A stretch of 64,000 nt of DNA from Mobula hypostoma (Eukaryota). The position numbers were made by a program, and so were the translations under genes. Below the pieces are notes generated by a model. It was not told the origin of the DNA, did no database searches, and was given only the letters and a program-made list of their open reading frames with translations. Shown in pieces: positions 24,707 to 36,729 of the stretch. How positions within the stretch are numbered: the first letter of the stretch is position 1; each line of letters opens with the position of its first letter. The stretch is from assembly GCF_963921235.1 (NCBI RefSeq), contig NC_086121.1, positions 30,752,001-30,816,000 of the forward strand. The letters run 5' to 3'.

Positions 24707-25219
24707 CCTCCAGACTAGACAACCTTTAGTCCAAAATTGCAGCATTTATAGTAAAGCTTTAATTGTTGTTGAATAGTACCGCAATAAGATGCTAGGAGCT
24801 GGAAGGTTTCCTTCTATTTAATAAGTGGCAAAGTCTTAACCCATTGCATTAGATTTTATGTCAAGGCTTATGCCTTCAGCCAATGAAATCTTCAAAATTT
24901 AAGGAAAAGTCTATGCCAGTGCTGGAAAAACGCAGATCTCTAACTTTCCCGCCCAATGTTCCGTGAGTCTCTCCAATGCCTGCATAATGTCCCCGTAAGT
25001 GACAGCCTTTTGTTTGACTTTGGTGACTGACTTCCTATATTTTTGCTACTGGCTGGCTGTGCTGTCTGTTGCCTGCAACGTGCGATTGACAGGTTTCCTC
25101 ATAATCCTGAGTGCCATAAAGGTTTGTGGAAGCAGCTGGTCGCATCAAACTCCTGAGTTGCCAGCATGGGATCGACAGTAGGAGCCACAGTGAGAGGAAA
25201 GGAAAAATAGAAAAGAAAA

Positions 25220-25832
25220 TACAACTAGGGCTTTTCTCTTTGAAGAAAAGGAGGAAGAGAGGTGACTGGATAGAGATACATAAGGTTATAAGAGACATAG
25301 AAAGAGCGGTCAGCCAGCAACTTTTTCCCAGGGCAGCAATGGCTAATATGAGAAGGCATAATCTTAAGGTGGTTAAAGGGGGTGGAAAAGGTGGGTTTTT
25401 TCATACTGAAAGTGGTAAGTATGTGGAACGCACTACTGGAGTAGAGGCATATACATTAGAGACATTTAAGACATTCTTAAATTGTCATATGGATAAAAAA
25501 TGGATGACAATAGGGGAGGGAAGAACTAGAATGATCTTCAAGATCTTCCTTGAGATTTTTTTTACCGTGCCCATGGTCTGCTCTTTATCAAATTATGGTA
25601 TTGCTTTGCACTGTTGTAACCATATGTTATAATTATGTGGTTTTTGCCAGTTCTAGTCTTGGTCTGTCCTGTGTTTCTGTGCTATCATACTGGAGGAACA
25701 TTGTATCATTTCTTAATGCATGCATTACTAAATGACAATAAATGAGGACTGGGTGTCCTCATAATCTAAAAAAGTAGGTTAAATGATTGGCACAACATTG
25801 TGGGCCAAAGGGCCCGTACTGTGTCGTTCTGT
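25220..25832 (+). mobile_element. CR1 3' fragment interrupted by a family C 3' piece
   Basis: QLGLFSLKKRRKRGDWIEIHKVIR. The CR1 3'UTR resumes at ~25773 (GTAGGTTAAATGATTGGCACAACATTGTGGGCC). Confidence 0.85.
25551..25768 (+). mobile_element. Family C element, heavily 5'-truncated
   Basis: 3' ~220 nt with hairpin 25744-25760 and ATAATCTA. Confidence 0.9.
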
Positions 25833-25897
25833 GAAAATCACTTCCACGTCACATTTAGGAAGATCCCCAGCTTATATTTATTCACCAAGGTTTAGAA

Positions 25898-25978
25898 GAG
25901 GGGGTTTCCAACCTGGGGTCCACAGACATCTTGCTTAATGATATTGGTCCATGGCATAAAAAAGGTTGGGAACCGTTG
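25898..25978. mobile_element. hAT-Charlie-type MITE with 8-bp TSD
   Basis: Imperfect TIRs GAGGGGGTTTCCAACC / GGTTGGGAACCGTTG; GTTTAGAA duplicated at 25890-25897 and 25979-25986. Confidence 0.8.
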
Positions 25979-26180
25979 GTTTAGAAGATATCTGAGGAAG
26001 AATTTGAGCATTATTCAAAAGTTGTTGTCCAGTGATAAACACTGAAAGGAGACCTTGTTCTAAACCTTCACTTTCACATCAGGCCACGTTAAAAAATTCC
26101 GTCAAAGGAAAACCAGGAATACAGCATGTCTATTAATATGGGAGATTCTCTTACGAAGACAATTTAGTTTGGATGTCACA

Positions 26181-26820
26181 GTACTTATTGTCCATCATGC
26201 GGCTGATTTTAGGGCAGTAATGCACTTTCTCTATCTCAGGGCTCCCTTCATCATGTCAATAGCTTCCTCTTGGTTTACTCTACTGTCAGTCATGCAAGTC
26301 CAAGGTGGAGACTCTGGAGTAGCATCTGAAGCACCTTCAATAACTCCAAAAGACTGAAGTAGGGTAAATACTGAAAGGCTTTTATTCGCAGTACAATACG
26401 ACTTCCATGTTCAGTGTCTACCCCCGGACTGAGGGGAAGGGGCAAGGTGAAATCACCTTTATTCAGGGGTCTGTGGGAGGAGCCACAGGGGCAGTCAGCA
26501 GAGGGGCGTGTCCAGACAGTTAACCCAGTTACAACATATATATGTTTATATATATGCATCAGACTCAGATGCAGAGGATTCTTCATTGCTGTTTCCATAA
26601 CAGTTTTATTTTATCAGTCAGGGTTGTTAGCCCTGAGCTGAAACCCTGATTCCTGATTGGTGGACAATGCTTAGTCTGGCCTCTACTCTTTGACCTGTTT
26701 GGCATGGGTGACCCTATCAAGAGCCAAAGCATAAAGCCCTGACTCCAGCCAACATAGCTCTCTGGGTCATTTGCAAACCTCCAAACCCTATGACAAAGTT
26801 GTGCTCCTCTTGCAGGAGAT
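26181..26820 (-). mobile_element. Short RTE-derived non-autonomous element split by a solo LTR
   Basis: Both ends match 30866-31170 in reverse complement. Confidence 0.75.
26327..26555 (-). mobile_element. Solo LTR (Gypsy-like) with 5-bp TSD
   Basis: GCATC duplicated at 26322-26326 and 26556-26560; TG start; minus-strand AATAAA; right terminus eroded into (TA)n. Confidence 0.65.
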
Positions 26821-27039
26821 TGGATATTATTGGAGTATAAGTCAGGGAGTGGGTTGATCCAGTCCCATATTATCTAATTTGATTGAACTAGATGTGAAGA
26901 CGAGGGGATGAGTTTAAAGGGAAAAGACGGTGTGCTCAGGTTGTGGACAGAGAGTTAAAAATTAGCAATTAAATGACTGGAAATGTTGAAGAAGGTGGCA
27001 TGAGGAAATGAAGTCAAAGAATGCAAAGCAGAAGCAATA

Positions 27040-27225
27040 AACAGGTGCTGGAGGACCTGAGTAGGTTGAGCAGCATCTGTCTCAGGTCAAAATCTTGCAT
27101 CTGGACAGGATCTTGACATGAAACATTGACAACTCCTTTCCTCCTGTAGATGCTGCTCAACACGCTGAGTTCCTCTAGCAAATTGTTGCTTCAGGTTCTA
27201 ACATCTGCAGTCTCTTGTATCTCCA
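27040..27225. mobile_element. Short inverted PLE-terminus element
   Basis: GCTGGAGGACCTGAGTAGGTTGAGCAGCATCT is inverted as AGATGCTGCTCAACACGCTGAGTTCCTCTAGC. Confidence 0.7.
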
Positions 27226-27458
27226 ATGCACTGCAGGAAATGTGACTCCAAGGGTGTAAGAAGTAGGAAGAAGGAAAGAAGAAATAGAGGTATGGAAAGC
27301 AGGGAATAGATAATACAGAGAAGGTATGGGAGCAAGATAAAGATTTCAACGGTGTCTTTGGGACATATTGATAAACAGGACTTTTGAGAGAATCACGTAG
27401 GTATATTTCAAGAGAATCTACATTATATCAGAGAAAGAAAGAGTTTAAAGGTGTTAGA

Positions 27459-27663
27459 TTATAACCATATAACAATTACAGCACAGAAACAGGCCATCTT
27501 GGCCCTTCTAGTCCGTGCCGAACTCTTACTCTCACCTAGTCCCACAGACCTGCACTCAGCCCATAACCCTCCATTCCTTTCCTGTCCATATAGCTGTCCA
27601 ATTTAACTTTAAACAACAACATCGAACCTGCCTCAACCACTTCTGCTGGAAGCTCGTTCCACA
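27459..27663 (-). mobile_element. CR1 3' end fragment
   Basis: CR1 3'UTR (ACAGCACAGAAACAGGCC...) and C-terminal coding end. Confidence 0.75.
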
Positions 27664-28069
27664 AAGTGGAAGCAAGCCAGTCTGCAGTCTATTTATCAGC
27701 AGATCCAATGGCTTGCTTTTAAACTTTATTTCTTATGTAGTTCTGTGATTGAAGAGGCACTATGGACTGGGAGAGGTAGATAAAAACGAGCAAAAGGATA
27801 TGCACACAATGGAGGAAAGCACGGAATATGGCGAGACATCAGCGACTATGGTAAGAGAAGTGGAAGGGTGAATGAACGTGAGGGAAGAAACTAATCGCAA
27901 GAAACACTGGACAAGGGAAGTAAAATCAACAAATGGACAAGTTGCAGAACGATTTTGTAAGTTGCAAATTAACAATGTGACAGAGCTAAGACTGGCAAGT
28001 GCTAGTTGAATAAATAACATTGGCATTTGTGTTGTGCATTGCTACAGCAAAATCAAATGCCTGATGTTA

Positions 28070-28280
28070 CCTTGGCAAATGTGGCAGTCTGGTAACACAC
28101 AGCAAGATCCCACAGCTAGGTGGCATTTTTTTGATCTTCATTTTAGATGAATAATAGAAGATTTCACTGAAGTAGTTTTCTGTGTATCTTTAAATAACTC
28201 CACGGTATTGCTAACAGCCACTAGAACAGAGAAAGTATGGGTTGTAGATTAACAATCCACATGGAAGAATATGAGGGAAA
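28070..28280 (-). mobile_element. Old Deu-domain SINE fragment
   Basis: CACAGCAAGATCCCACAG Deu core in antisense. Confidence 0.45.
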
Positions 28281-28439
28281 TGTTCTACAGCAAGCAAAAA
28301 TGAGTTGAATTATCAACAAGCTCAATAAATCTTGGTGTAAACGGGGAAATAACCCCACTTTCCTTAGTTTACACTGTAACATGAGGGAAAATAGTACTAT
28401 TGGCTTTGAAAAGTCAGAAAAAAGCTCCAGAATGCTAGA

Positions 28440-28545
28440 ATTCTTCAAGTAGACGGAAGTATTACAGATACTTAACAGGTCAGGCAGCATCTGTAGACAG
28501 GAGAAACAGAATTAACATTTACTTTAAGACCTTTGCTCAGAATTT
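28440..28545 (-). mobile_element. PLE terminal fragment
   Basis: CAGGTCAGGCAGCATCT motif. Confidence 0.55.
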
Positions 28546-29339
28546 AAAAAGTGCAATAACTGTTTTCCATGAACAGTAAAGAAGCTGGTGCCTAGATCTG
28601 GCAATGCAGAGCTGAGACCTCATTAATATTAACTGGGTGAGCTCTCAGTGTGTGGTCCAATGCATGTTCTACGAAAGCAAGTATCCCACTAGAGATGAGA
28701 TGATGCAGAACATGAGATTTGCCATGAGCACCATTTAAGGATCTGAGCAGATTCATCCATTCTTCATACTATGGGATGCTATTTCTGCAAATGACTTAAG
28801 ACGTTCTTGAAGCTTTTCCTGTTGAAGGGATCAACTACATCCCAAGCATTAAGCCTGGGATACTTGAATGATCACCTAATCCACTGAAGGGGTGAGCACT
28901 GTAAATTGAACTTTGAACACATCATTTTGATCCTCAAAATTAGCTCTTCTTACATCCATAATGTGGGCTGAGAGAGGTGAAATTCCTACTCCTTGTTCTG
29001 TACTTCTTAAACAATATTGCACAGGTCAAGTAGGACCCAATAAACACAATGTCAGAGTTTATGTGAGAACTGACACATACCATTTTATAAGTAGCCATAT
29101 GGGGAGTTGTGTGGATGCAGCTCACAAAACACATCAAGATCTCATTACAAGTGTGATCCACAATGGCACATAGGTTGGCCACCACTCTAGCTGATGGAAA
29201 GCAGTATTAAACCATAAATTCAGATTAACTTTGCATTCTTTGTTACTAATTGCAGTAAAAAAGCTAAGGCATTACTACACTAAAATAGATCAGTAAGATC
29301 ATTAATGATTACAATACTCGTTATGTACTTCCATACGTG

Positions 29340-29760
29340 CATAGATATTAGGAGCAGGAGGAGGCCTCCTGTGCCTTCAGCATTCTCCACCTTTTAATAA
29401 AATCATGGTTGGTTACTGCTTGTAACATCGGCACCCCATTCCCACCTGCCCCTAGCAGTCATTTGTTCCATTACTTTGATAAGAATGTATCTGTTTTCAA
29501 AATTTCCACAGTCTCTCCTGTCACTACCCTTCGAAGAGAGTTTCGAAAATGCACAGCTAACTGAGAGAAAATAAGTTGTCCCTGAATTAATGATGACCCA
29601 TTTTTTTTTTGTAAATGGTGGCCGTTAACTCTGCAGTCTCCCACATGAGGAAACATCTTCCTCAGGGCTACCCTTTCAAGACCCCTCAGAAATTAAGACA
29701 TTTTAGTTAAGGTCCTCTTTTTTTGGTTCCAGCATAAACAAGTCTGGAGTGTCCAAAACT
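29340..29760 (-). mobile_element. Degraded CR1 3' fragment
   Basis: ORF 29471..29656 MFPHVGDCRVNGH..FSQLAVHFRNSL; ATTAGGAGCAGGAG tail. Confidence 0.7.
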
Positions 29761-29789
29761 TTAAAGGACAAACCACCCACTTCAGTTAT

Positions 29790-29965
29790 CAACACACAAA
29801 ATGGTGGATGAACTTAATAGGTCAATGGAGGAAAATGGACAGTCTGCACTCCAGATGAAGGAACTTGACCCCAATTGTTGACTGCCCATTTCCCTTCAAA
29901 TTCAGAACCTCCAGCATCTTGTGTGTCGTTCTAGATTCCAGCATCTGTTGTCCCTTGTGTCTCCG
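29790..29965. mobile_element. Short inverted PLE-terminus element
   Basis: ACACACAAAATGGTGG...CCAGCATCTTGTGTGT inverted arms around a hammerhead remnant. Confidence 0.6.
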
Positions 29966-30865
29966 TTTCAGATACCAGTCTAATAATTTTTTTCTGAACT
30001 GCTTCTGATGTAATAATACGCCCTGTAAGTAAAGGGACCAATGCAGATCAGTACTTTACTTAACTTCAGTCCTTCTATGCAGAACAATGAAATTCTACAA
30101 TTATAATGGTTCCCTTTTACAACGGGTCTAGCTATTACAATGACCTAGAGACCTATTTATTGCAGTGCTACACAGTGCAACAAGCATGTTAAGTACAGAA
30201 ATAAGTATTACCAACTCTCATTACATTGCTCTGAAAAGTTGATTGGGTACTTGCAGCATATTTGTGCATCTCAAGCAACTTTGGTGTTGGATGTACGTCA
30301 AATGATGTCATTGTCAGTGCACTTACCCATTTGAGCTATTGTTAGCCTGGCTGTAACCATTGCTGATCACTTCAGGGCATTCATATTTTCACTGAGCAGT
30401 GTTGTGCTGCCCTTGACACCCCCCCCCCCACAAGAAGTACGTCACATTCTTCTATTCTTGGGATTTCCTTCCCACCCACTGATCTTACCTCATGAGTCTG
30501 TATTTGGGCCAGACCTTGACCAGAACCTCCCCTATCCCATTCCCAATGCTGTGAGCATTGGTTCTGTTCCTGGCTGCTAATCCCACACACCAGTGGCCCA
30601 CCACCCCACGGACTGACTGATCTTCTATTCCCCAGACCTCTCTCCCTCCCCTGCACTCCCAAGTCTAACCCTTGGTCCCAGCTGGCACACATTCTGTCTT
30701 GTGCTGGGAAGTGCACAAACAGAAATTTATAACACTAACTCTGCAGCACCTGAGAACCCACTAAAGATCATAGCAAGCTTAAATTGACCGTATAGTTTTC
30801 CTTTATGGGTACAATATAACTTATGGTCCAACAAGATTTACACAGAACATAGTTTATATTCCTCC

Positions 30866-31170
30866 AAGAGGACCACAACCTTGTCAAGGTTTGGAGGCTT
30901 GCGTTCCTCAATGACCTGCAGAGCTATGTTGTGTTTTGGCTCTTGGTGGGGTCACCCATGCCAGACAGGTCAAAGGGTAGAGGTCAGACTAAGAGTGGTC
31001 CACCAGTCCTCAAGCTCCAGGAGTTCAGCTCCGGGCTAACAACCCTGAATGGTAAAATGAAATTGTTATGGAAACAGCAATGAAGAATCCTTCTAGAGCT
31101 GTGTGCAACAGAGGTGGAGGCACTTCATTGCTGCCCTAAACACCAGTAGCATAATAAACAGTAAGCAAGT
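30866..31170 (+). mobile_element. Short RTE-derived non-autonomous element (5' end joined to 3' end)
   Basis: RTE-type 5' motif GGACCACAACCTTGTC...CTCAATGACC..GAGCTATG; 3' GGAGGCACTTCATTGCTGCCCTA with a TAAG-like tail. Confidence 0.7.
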
Positions 31171-31679
31171 GGATCACATTGTGCACATGGGAAAGTGAGA
31201 AAAATAATGAACAATATCTTTAAATAATAATGTTCAAGTTATTGCACAAGAAAAACAACTTTCAGATTTAATCAAAATTGTCAGACAACATAGCTCTCAT
31301 CAAGTTATCACAATTGTTATGATGACTAATAAGTCATATCTGCAGCAATAAACAATCTCTTGCTCATTTTAGTGCCCAGACCAATTATATGGACTATCAC
31401 GACAGCGGAATTTTATTGTTGTAGATAGAATGAGAGAAGTTAAGTGCAATATCGACTTGAACTGTTCTCGTGATTTAACACATTGAACCAGTTCAGAAAA
31501 AGCTTATGAGATTGATGCCTGCGATGAATGCTGGAAAGGGTGTGGAAGGTATACTCGGAACAAGGAAAAAAATACAGTGCCTGCAGTCGTGAGGCTGATA
31601 AATTAACCACCAACAATTCCATCGCACTGACTGTCAAAAGACTGAGAGTGGAATGCTTTTCTTCTGCTCCATTCTAGGA

Positions 31680-31790
31680 AAAAGAAATAAAACATTCTCA
31701 TTTAAATTCATCATTTCAGGATCTCTCAAAGCGCTTTCAGCCAATGCAGGACATTTGAAATGTAGCCACTGTTGTAATGTAAGAGTCACT
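31680..31790 (-). mobile_element. Deu-domain SINE 3' fragment
   Basis: CAAAGCGCTTTCAGCCAATG...TGTAGCCACTGTTGTAATGTA. Confidence 0.7.
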
Positions 31791-32870
31791 TAATAATGAC
31801 TCAGAATCATGCTCAGACTTAATTGTCCATTTCCCTGTCCAGCTGAATGGTTTGAGGCTGCAGCGTGTGTTTTTTTGAGAGAGCACAGCTGCATCTGAAT
31901 CAAAGTGAAATACAGGGGAGGTGAAATACAAGGGGGTGAAATTGAGATTCTGAGGGCTAATTGTTCAGGATTTCGATTCAGACCCTGGTAGATGTGGCCT
32001 TTTGGCTTTATGCTGGAGCCACAGATAACTCCCTGGACAGATTCTGCAAACAAATGAAAATAAATTCAGAATTAACTTCTTCCCCTGCCCCTCCTTAAAG
32101 GTGCCCAATAGCAGTTGTATTTAGTACATCAGCAACTCACAGGGCTCATTCTAATTATTCTCCCATTTTCACAAGTGCTGAGCATATGTACACGCAGCTG
32201 GAGAGTGAGTAGGGTCCGATGCAATTCTACTGGCTGTAACCAGGTAACGGCCATCACTATGGGAAACAGGCAGATGACCATGTCTTTTATTCCAGTGTGG
32301 TTTATTAGGTTGAGTAAGTGCAGGCTGTCTCTCAGAGTCCTGCTTTGACACAGTCAGATGATTTCTGACTGGAAACTGTATCCCAAGTTACCTATACTTT
32401 GTGGTGTCAGCAGTGATGTCTGACACATTCTGTAATGTGCAAAGACCGCCTGCAGCCTTCCTCTGCACAACTGCCCTCTGAGTAGTCTCCACCGTTTTTT
32501 TTAAGATGAATAAATTAATTCAAATTGGCTTTTCCCTGGTCAGCAATTGTGCTATTTGTGGAATGCACCTTAAAATATTTTCAGGACAATAGTCTGTTCA
32601 TTACTTATGTTTCCATGTATTAAACTCTTTCTGAAGAAACCGGGATTTTTCTTTAGCAGCAAGGTAACATAGCACAAGCAAACAGTAATGCTTTTCACAT
32701 CACCCAAACAGGAATTCCTGAGACTAAGGAATGATTTACCTGTCCTGTCCTCCCCTTGCCAAGGGGAATGGTGCAGGGATAGAATGGCTTTGGCAAATGG
32801 AGCAGAACAGGGGATGGACCAGGAGCTGCTTTGTTGCTGTTGACAAAGAACCTAATGAATATCAATTGTT

Positions 32871-33135
32871 AGGAAAAGGAAAGGTACATCGCATCCAGAG
32901 TTTCTCCAGTTAGCAGATCATTTCCCTCCATGCCTCTCTGACGTAGTGGGGAATCGCGTACGAAGCAAGTTACAGCAGTGGTTTCCATTGCCTTCTGCCA
33001 GGTGAGTTTCCAAAGAGATCACCAGCTCGTAACCCAGCACGGATGGAAAGCATGCAGGGGAGCCGGCTGGCTGGATTCAAACTCGGGACCTTTCGTCCCG
33101 AAGTCCGACGCTGATGCCACTACACCACCAGCCGG
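32871..33135 (-). mobile_element. tRNA(Pro)-derived SINE, copy 2
   Basis: Head GGACTTCGGGACGAAAGGTCCCGAGTTTGAATCC resembles the tRNA-Pro(CGG) anticodon and T arm; (CCTTT)n tail. Confidence 0.8.
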
Positions 33136-34972
33136 GTCATCAATTGTTAACACAGAATAAAAATGGCAACGAACTTCGGAATCCAGATTTGTTCAAAAAA
33201 TATAAGGTGAAAGCCCTTAAGAAGATGAAGATAAAGAAGTATTCTTTTGCCTCAAGTAACATAAAATCAATAATTAATCACAGGTCCACACAGGTGTTTA
33301 TGCACCACACACCGACCCCCATACTTGATACATTTCACTCTATCTGTTCCTTTTTTTCCTTGGGATTTTATTATACAAGTTGTAAGTGCATCCTATACAT
33401 TATATGCTGTATACACAACAGTCCCATATTTTGGTGGGTTCCAGATTCTGACCACTACATATTCAGATACTGTATTATTTATATATTTCTAAATGCAACC
33501 AAAGTCCAGGTGTGGATCCAAGTTTATTGGTGTTTGTCTCAGGAGTGTCTCTTCTCCTGCAGCTCACAGATTCTGAAAACTTCCTTAATTAGCTTCATGG
33601 AAGTCTATCCTTTCACTTTAGTGAAACCACCATCCCCTGACAAGACGTAATGGGAGTAATTCTCAGAACAGGATAGAACACGGGGCTTTGTCTCACAGGA
33701 TCATTCAACGAAACACATTTTGATACCCAAACCATCTCCCAGAGGAGACAAAAGTACTAACAGAGGAGAAAAAGGAATCCAAGTGAGGCACGTTCAGCTG
33801 GAGTCAAGTGAGCACAGTATGAATCCAAATGGACCTACAAGTTACAGCCCCTCTTGTTCTCATCCAAAACTGCAAGCAAGGTGAAGCTATTCCAGCTGCC
33901 AAATATATCTTCCTTCAAAACATGCACAGCAGCATACTATAAGCCCTGATGTACTTTGGTAAATTTACCAGCATATCTGATAGTTTCTACTTATACTAAT
34001 ATTCATTAGTGACAATGAAATGATAATGAATGAGGGGAACGAGGAATTCATATGTAAATACTTGTTCATAACAAAATAAAAACTCTACTGAAATAAACTG
34101 GATTAATCGGGGCCAGGCTGAAAATGAGCCTCAAACAGTTCACTATAGTTTAGGCTCAGGTTTCTAGTAATGGCAGATCTGTATGTTTGACCAGAAACCT
34201 GAGCCCATACTCAGGAAAAACTTGGCATCTGGGCAGGCTTTTCTTGTTTGCTACTGACTCAGCAACTTTGGGCGAGGCTTCCAATTCGCCAAGGTAGGGT
34301 TAGCTTAGGCCAAGCCCAAGAAGAAAACTGAATCGAGGCCAGTTCCCACATTCCTTTTACCTTGTTAACCCTCCCACTGATCCATTAGTTTGTGTACAGT
34401 AAATCCTCTCACACACTGGAAGCCATTTGAAAGCCTATGACAGATAGGGGCATGTCAGACAGGGTTTGTCCTCTTAGATTTTCTATTTGAGAGTTAGCCA
34501 AGAACAACGCTTGCTATAGAAGTTACGCTGCATGCAAATATCACAGTAAGCTACTGTAATATCATTGAGACTTGTTAATTCCACTCTCTCAATGCTCTCA
34601 GGCAATGCAAACTAATCTGACTGGAATACCCCCCACCCCCACCATCCTATTTTCTCTTTTTCTCCAATGTGCAGCTTGTCTCAAATTCAATCTTAGTGTC
34701 TGAGTAAATTAGAACATATTTGCTTACAAAATTTCATCAGGTTTCAAACATCCCCAAACCGTGTCCTCCCCGACCCACCAGCATTGGAAGGTGAGGTGGT
34801 CGTGGTGTTGGTGGTGTTCTGCACAGTAGTAAAGAGCAGGAAATTGGACTAATTTAGCAGCTCCGTCATCTGAATTAAACTAAACCCTCTTCCAGTTGAT
34901 TTACGATACAAACATATTGGTCTTGGGATCTTACTAGTCCACATAGCTCAATTGAATTTACTAAAAAAAAAC

Positions 34973-35487
34973 ATGACTTGGTTTGACAACTGCTCTGCCC
35001 TTGACTCCAAGAAACTGCAGAGCGTTGTGAAAACAGCTCAGTACATCACGGAAAACAGCCTCCCCTCCATGAATTCTGTCTATGTTCCTTGCTGCCTCAG
35101 CAAAGTAACCAGCATGATCAGAGATCCCATCCATTCCAGACATTCTCTCTTCTCAACCCTCTCATTGGACAGAAGATGCTAAAGCCTGAAATAATGTACC
35201 ATCAGGCTCAAGAGCTGCTTCTACCCTTAGATTGTTGAATGTTTTCCTTGTACGATAAGATGGACTCTTGACCTCAAAATCTACCTCATTGTGACTTGCA
35301 GCTTACTGTCTACCTTCACTGCTCTATCTCTTTACTGTAACACTTTATTCTGCACTCTGTCATTATTTCGCCGTGACCTACCTCAGTGCATTGTTGTATT
35401 ACATTGATCTGTATGGACATTATGCAAGACAAGCTTTCCACTGTACCTTCCTACCTGTGACAGTAGTAAATCAACTTAACCAACTTA
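34973..35487 (+). mobile_element. Rex1/Babar LINE 3' fragment
   Basis: TWFDNCSALDSKKLQSVVKTAQYIT..IRDPIH..LFSTL. Confidence 0.85.
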
Positions 35488-35749
35488 GCAGAGCTTCTAC
35501 AATATATGATGGTCAGGGTTATTTTTTAATTAGCCAATAACTGTTTGTCTTCCTTGTCGAATAATAAAATTGTTGCCTTTCAGGTAATTTCTTTTCTGTG
35601 TTAATATAAACTAGACATGACAGACTTGCAGCTCCAAAGCCAGAACACATATGATGATTGACCCACCAGTCCAACTCATGCTGGATCTGTCACTGGGTTT
35701 AGACTTGATCTATAAGGCTCTGAACTATTCTGGAAGCCAAGTGAAAATC

Positions 35750-35920
35750 AAAACAAAAATGCAGTTGCTAAAATATCTAACCTAAAAGCAGGCAATGCTG
35801 GAAATACTCGGCAGGTCAGGCAGCATCCGTGGGAAGAGAATCGGACTCAGAACTTGCAAAGAGTCTTTGATCTGAAGCATTGACTCCTATTCTCTTCACA
35901 CAAATATTGCTTGAGCAGTT
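35750..35920. mobile_element. Short inverted PLE-terminus element
   Basis: ATGCTGGAAATACTCGGCAGGTCAGGCAGCATC followed by a degenerate inverted arm. Confidence 0.6.
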
Positions 35921-35988
35921 CAGGCCAATAAGACAGGTATATTCAAACAGATAGAGGGAGGAATATCTGAAATCCATGCAACTATTGT

Positions 35989-36215
35989 GGGCATCACCGT
36001 GGCGTAGCGGTTAGCGTGATGCGATTACAGCGCCTATGACCCGTGTTCAAACCTGTAAGTAGTTTGTGATTTCTTCCCCTGACTGCACGGGTTTTCTGGG
36101 TGCTCTGGTTTCCACCTACGTTCCAAAAATGTACAGGTTAGTAAGTTAATCAGTCACATAGGTTTAATTGGGCGGTGAGAGCTCATTGTGCTGTATCTCT
36201 AAAAACAAATTAAAC
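35989..36215 (+). mobile_element. V-SINE (HE1-like)
   Basis: tRNA head TGGCGTAGCGGTTAGC..GTTCAAA; V-domain GGGTGCTCTGGTTTCCACC. Confidence 0.75.
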
Positions 36216-36729
36216 TACATGCTGTTATCTGGTCAACTGAATCCATGAAGGCATTCAGTATTTTCAAAGGTACTCATATTACCAACTGACACCCACGATG
36301 CCCAGACTGAGAGAAATCTTTTAGCAACAAAAAAAAACTCCATGTCTTCACTGCATCTACTTTTGGAATCACCTCAATGTGGCAATGGATTTCTACATTT
36401 TTCAATTACTCAAGCAGCAAAAATGGTAAAGAAAACTAAAGTCCAAATCAATTCCAATCCTGATCCTTTTGTATGAGGAACGACAGGTTGGAAAGACTTG
36501 GAACACCTCACTTAAATCTGTCTGTGATCTTCAACGCAGACATTAAGATAATAACATCACCATTATGATTTCCAAATTTTGACCTGTTTCCCCAAAATCT
36601 AAAATCTTACAGTCTACTCCAGGAACAGCCTGGAAGAACCTTCGATTCCCGGATTAAGTGGTTTCCTGACTTCTAGATTCACTTCAGGATAGAAGTTAGG
36701 CCCAGAGTGCAGGACTCTCTCAAAAAGTT

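Noticed and set aside
25126-25632. 168-aa ORF
   Set aside because: Read-through of unique DNA, a CR1 C-terminus and family C.
33114-33650. 178-aa ORF
   Set aside because: It starts inside an antisense SINE, has low-complexity AT-rich composition and shows no domain.
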